In this document: one piece after another, positions 30,025 to 32,000 of the stretch
Layout of the letters: every line of letters begins with the position of its first letter
Numbering within the stretch: position 1 is the stretch's first letter
NCBI RefSeq assembly: GCF_032586175.1
Contig: NZ_JAWHTE010000015.1
Coordinates: 7,247-39,246 of the forward strand
DNA from: Ovoidimarina sediminis
Lineage (GTDB): Bacteria > Pseudomonadota > Alphaproteobacteria > Rhodobacterales > Rhodobacteraceae
DNA: 32,000 nt
Direction: 5' to 3'
Made by a program: the position numbers and the translations under genes
Notes under the pieces: generated by a model
What the model was told of the DNA's origin: nothing
Databases searched by the model: none
The model's input: the letters and a program-made list of their open reading frames with translations, nothing else

Positions 30025-30855
30025 CTATTGCGCCCCCTGATCGCGCACCTGGTCGACCGAGACATGCGCATCGAGCGTTTCCTGCCCGGCCCCCTTCAGG
30101 ACACCCCGGATCGGGGCGGCGCCGTCGGCATCGAGACCCGAACCTACCCGGATGTAATGCGCATCGGGGCATTTGCCATTCGACGCGTCGAACCCGACCC
30201 AGCCGAGATCGGGAACGTAAAGCTCCGCCCAGGCGTGGCTGGCCTCATGCGCGCCGTCTTCCTCCGAGGCGAAGAGGTAGCCCGTGACATAGCGTGCCGG
30301 GATTCCGATCGATCGCGCGGCGGCAATGATGACATGGGCGTGATCCTGGCAGACCCCATGACCGAGGGCGAGTGCCTCGGCCGCCGTGGTGCCATGCTCC
30401 GTCTCGCCGGGGGTGTAGGCGATGGCCTCTTCCACCGCGTCCATGATCGCGTGCGACCGTGCCAGAACGTCGGTTTCCGAGACGTCGCTGGTGGCGGACC
30501 GGGCCAGATCGAGGATCGCGCGGTCGGGCAGTGTGGCGCGGGTGGTGCGCAGGTAGGCCTGGGGCGGCACACGCTCCCGCAGCCCCTTCAGAACCCCGCC
30601 GCAATCGACGGTCTCGACGGTGCCGGTGACGCGGATCGTCAGGCTTTCCACCGCGCCCATCAGTGTTGCGGTCTCAACCCAGTCGCCCGCCCCGTCGCGA
30701 AAGCCCGCGCCGATCGCTGCGGCCCCGGCATCCACCTGCCAGTCCAGCGTCTGCTGGTTCTCGCATTCCGTGGGCCAGAGCCGCAGGGTCTGGACGACCC
30801 CGTGCATCGGCGGATCGAAGTGATAGGTGGTGGCGTGATCGACCTGAAGCCTCAT
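30025..30855 (-). CDS. Transglutaminase-family protein (Bact_transglu_N plus transglutaminase core)
   Basis: MRLQVDHATTYHFDPP N-domain, with catalytic-type GVCQDHAH...HAWAELY...GFDASN (Cys-His-Asp). ATGA overlap with the alpha-E gene. Confidence 0.85.
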   Translation of the reverse strand: MRLQVDHATTYHFDPPMHGVVQTLRLWPTECENQQTLDWQVDAGAAAIGAGFRDGAGDWVETATLMGAVESLTIRVTGTVETVDCGGVLKGLRERVPPQAYLRTTRATLPDRAILDLARSATSDVSETDVLARSHAIMDAVEEAIAYTPGETEHGTTAAEALALGHGVCQDHAHVIIAAARSIGIPARYVTGYLFASEEDGAHEASHAWAELYVPDLGWVGFDASNGKCPDAHYIRVGSGLDADGAAPIRGVLKGAGQETLDAHVSVDQVRDQGAQ

Positions 30856-31805
30856 CGCGCCTCTCCCGACAGATAGATGTCATGGACGATTTCCGAAAGC
30901 GCCGCCGCCTCGCCGATGATCCGGGTGAGGAATTCGTGAAGCCCCTCGTCGAACACGTCCTCGATCGAAAGCTCCGACAGCTCGCCATAGAGACCGCGGG
31001 CTTTCGTCTGCGCCTCGGTGCTGCGCCCGTAGCCGCGGGCAAGCCGGTCGAGATGGATCATGATGTCTTCCATCGAGGTGATCAGCGAGCGCGGGCTCAT
31101 CCGGTTCAGGATCAGGAAATCCGCGATCCTGGCAGGCGTGACCTCGCCGCCATAGGCCCAGTTGAAGGCGCGGTGCGCCGACATGGCGCGCAGTACCGTG
31201 CCCCACTGGTAGTTGTCGAAGCCCGACCCCACGTAATCGAGGCCCGGCAGAAGCACATAGTATTTCACGTCTAGAAGGCGCGCCGTCGAATCGGCCCGCT
31301 CGAGCGCGTAACCGAGATGCAGGAAGTCATAGCCGTCGTTGCGAAGCTGCGTGTCCTCGATCGCGCCCCGGACAAGCGAACAGCGCCGCGTCGTCCATTC
31401 CACGAGGTCGCTGATATCGAGCTTGGACCGCTCGGTGCGCCGCAATTCCCGCATCTCCTGAAACGCGGTGTTCAGCGCGTCCCAGACCTGCCCCGTCAGC
31501 GCGGTGCGCACGATTCGCCCGTTTTCGCGGGCGGCATCCAGGCAGGAGGCGATGGAGGCCGGGTTGTCCTGATCGAAGAACAGGAAGCTTTCGATGTTCC
31601 GCTGGCGGGGCTCACCGTATTTCTCGGTGAAGGCCGCGGTGTGCCCCCCGGCTGCCAGAACCGATTCCCACTCGTTGCGGTAGCCGCCGCCGACCGACGG
31701 GATCAGCGCATTGCGCGAGCCCACCGACAGAAGGCGCGCGCCGGTCTCGGCCCGCTCCATATAGCGGCCGATCCAGAAAAGGTTTGCGGCGGTGCGGCTC
31801 AGCAT
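30852..31805 (-). CDS. Alpha-E domain-containing protein (DUF403)
   Basis: MLSRTAANLFWIGRYMERAE is the characteristic alpha-E N-terminus. I place the start at ATG 31805, 7 nt after the upstream stop. Confidence 0.8.
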   Translation of the reverse strand: MLSRTAANLFWIGRYMERAETGARLLSVGSRNALIPSVGGGYRNEWESVLAAGGHTAAFTEKYGEPRQRNIESFLFFDQDNPASIASCLDAARENGRIVRTALTGQVWDALNTAFQEMRELRRTERSKLDISDLVEWTTRRCSLVRGAIEDTQLRNDGYDFLHLGYALERADSTARLLDVKYYVLLPGLDYVGSGFDNYQWGTVLRAMSAHRAFNWAYGGEVTPARIADFLILNRMSPRSLITSMEDIMIHLDRLARGYGRSTEAQTKARGLYGELSELSIEDVFDEGLHEFLTRIIGEAAALSEIVHDIYLSGEAR

Positions 31806-31812
31806 ATCCCTG

Positions 31813-32000
31813 CTACTCCACCAGAACCCAGGTGTCCTTGACACCGCCGCCTTGCGACGAGTTCACCACAAGCGATCCTTCGGTCAGCGCCACCCGCGTC
31901 AACCCGCCGGGTACCAGTTCGATTGTCTCGCCCACCAGGCAATAGGGCCTCAGATCGACATGACGCGGGGCGATCCCTTCCTCGACGAAGGTCGGGCAGG
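31813..32000 (-). CDS. Circularly permuted type-2 ATP-grasp protein, C-terminal 62 codons only (gene continues beyond the window)
   Basis: Hand translation of the minus strand gives ...[49 protein letters not shown]. This is the conserved C-terminus of the DUF404/DUF407 ATP-grasp family. It is missing from the track because there is no start codon in the window. Confidence 0.7.
   Translation of the reverse strand, partial: CPTFVEEGIAPRHVDLRPYCLVGETIELVPGGLTRVALTEGSLVVNSSQGGGVKDTWVLVE

Noticed and set aside
29903-30172. Upstream extension of the glpD ORF (tracked as 623 aa)
   Set aside because: It crosses the intergenic region and runs into the transglutaminase gene. The FAD-binding fold begins just after GTG 29902, which has a Shine-Dalgarno.

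Overview
The window is visibly high-GC (roughly two-thirds G+C by eye, not computed), with strong GC3 bias and many long shadow ORFs antisense to real genes. The gene content looks like the chromosomal core of an alphaproteobacterium, probably Rhodobacteraceae-like; that taxonomic call is an inference.

I call 35 protein-coding genes, two of them cut by the window edges. In order they are:
- a NitT/TauT-type ABC transporter (substrate-binding protein, ATPase, permease)
- the histidine phosphotransferase ChpT, head-to-head with a DUF3553 gene
- the ornithine-lipid genes olsB-olsA
- a ThiE-family protein, a TfoX-N protein and a SpoU/TrmH methyltransferase
- heme A synthase ctaA and an M32 carboxypeptidase
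- aconitase acnA and a DUF1223 protein
- an LpxL-like acyltransferase
- a stand-alone FliG homologue, preceded by a secreted TPR protein and an untracked 54-aa secreted Cys-loop mini-protein
- a DUF502 protein and psuK-psuG
- rpsB-tsf
- a TetR-controlled two-component RND pump (adaptor plus permease)
- glpD-glpK
- the conserved but uncharacterised operon of circularly permuted ATP-grasp, alpha-E and transglutaminase genes

I found no rRNA, tRNA, CRISPR array, IS element, integrase or phage genes. I do not see an unambiguous new multi-gene system such as a defence island.

The leads most worth a second look are:
1. the Cys-loop mini-gene / TPR / orphan FliG cluster
2. a perfect TTAA-N7-TTAA CtrA-type box that, with a bidirectional terminator, frames a tiny orphan gene
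3. the ATP-grasp/alpha-E/transglutaminase operon
4. a 137-nt element with a 30-bp GC-rich inverted repeat between convergent genes
5. the 30-bp head-to-head chpT/DUF3553 arrangement

All family assignments come from motif recognition by eye. No database search was run.
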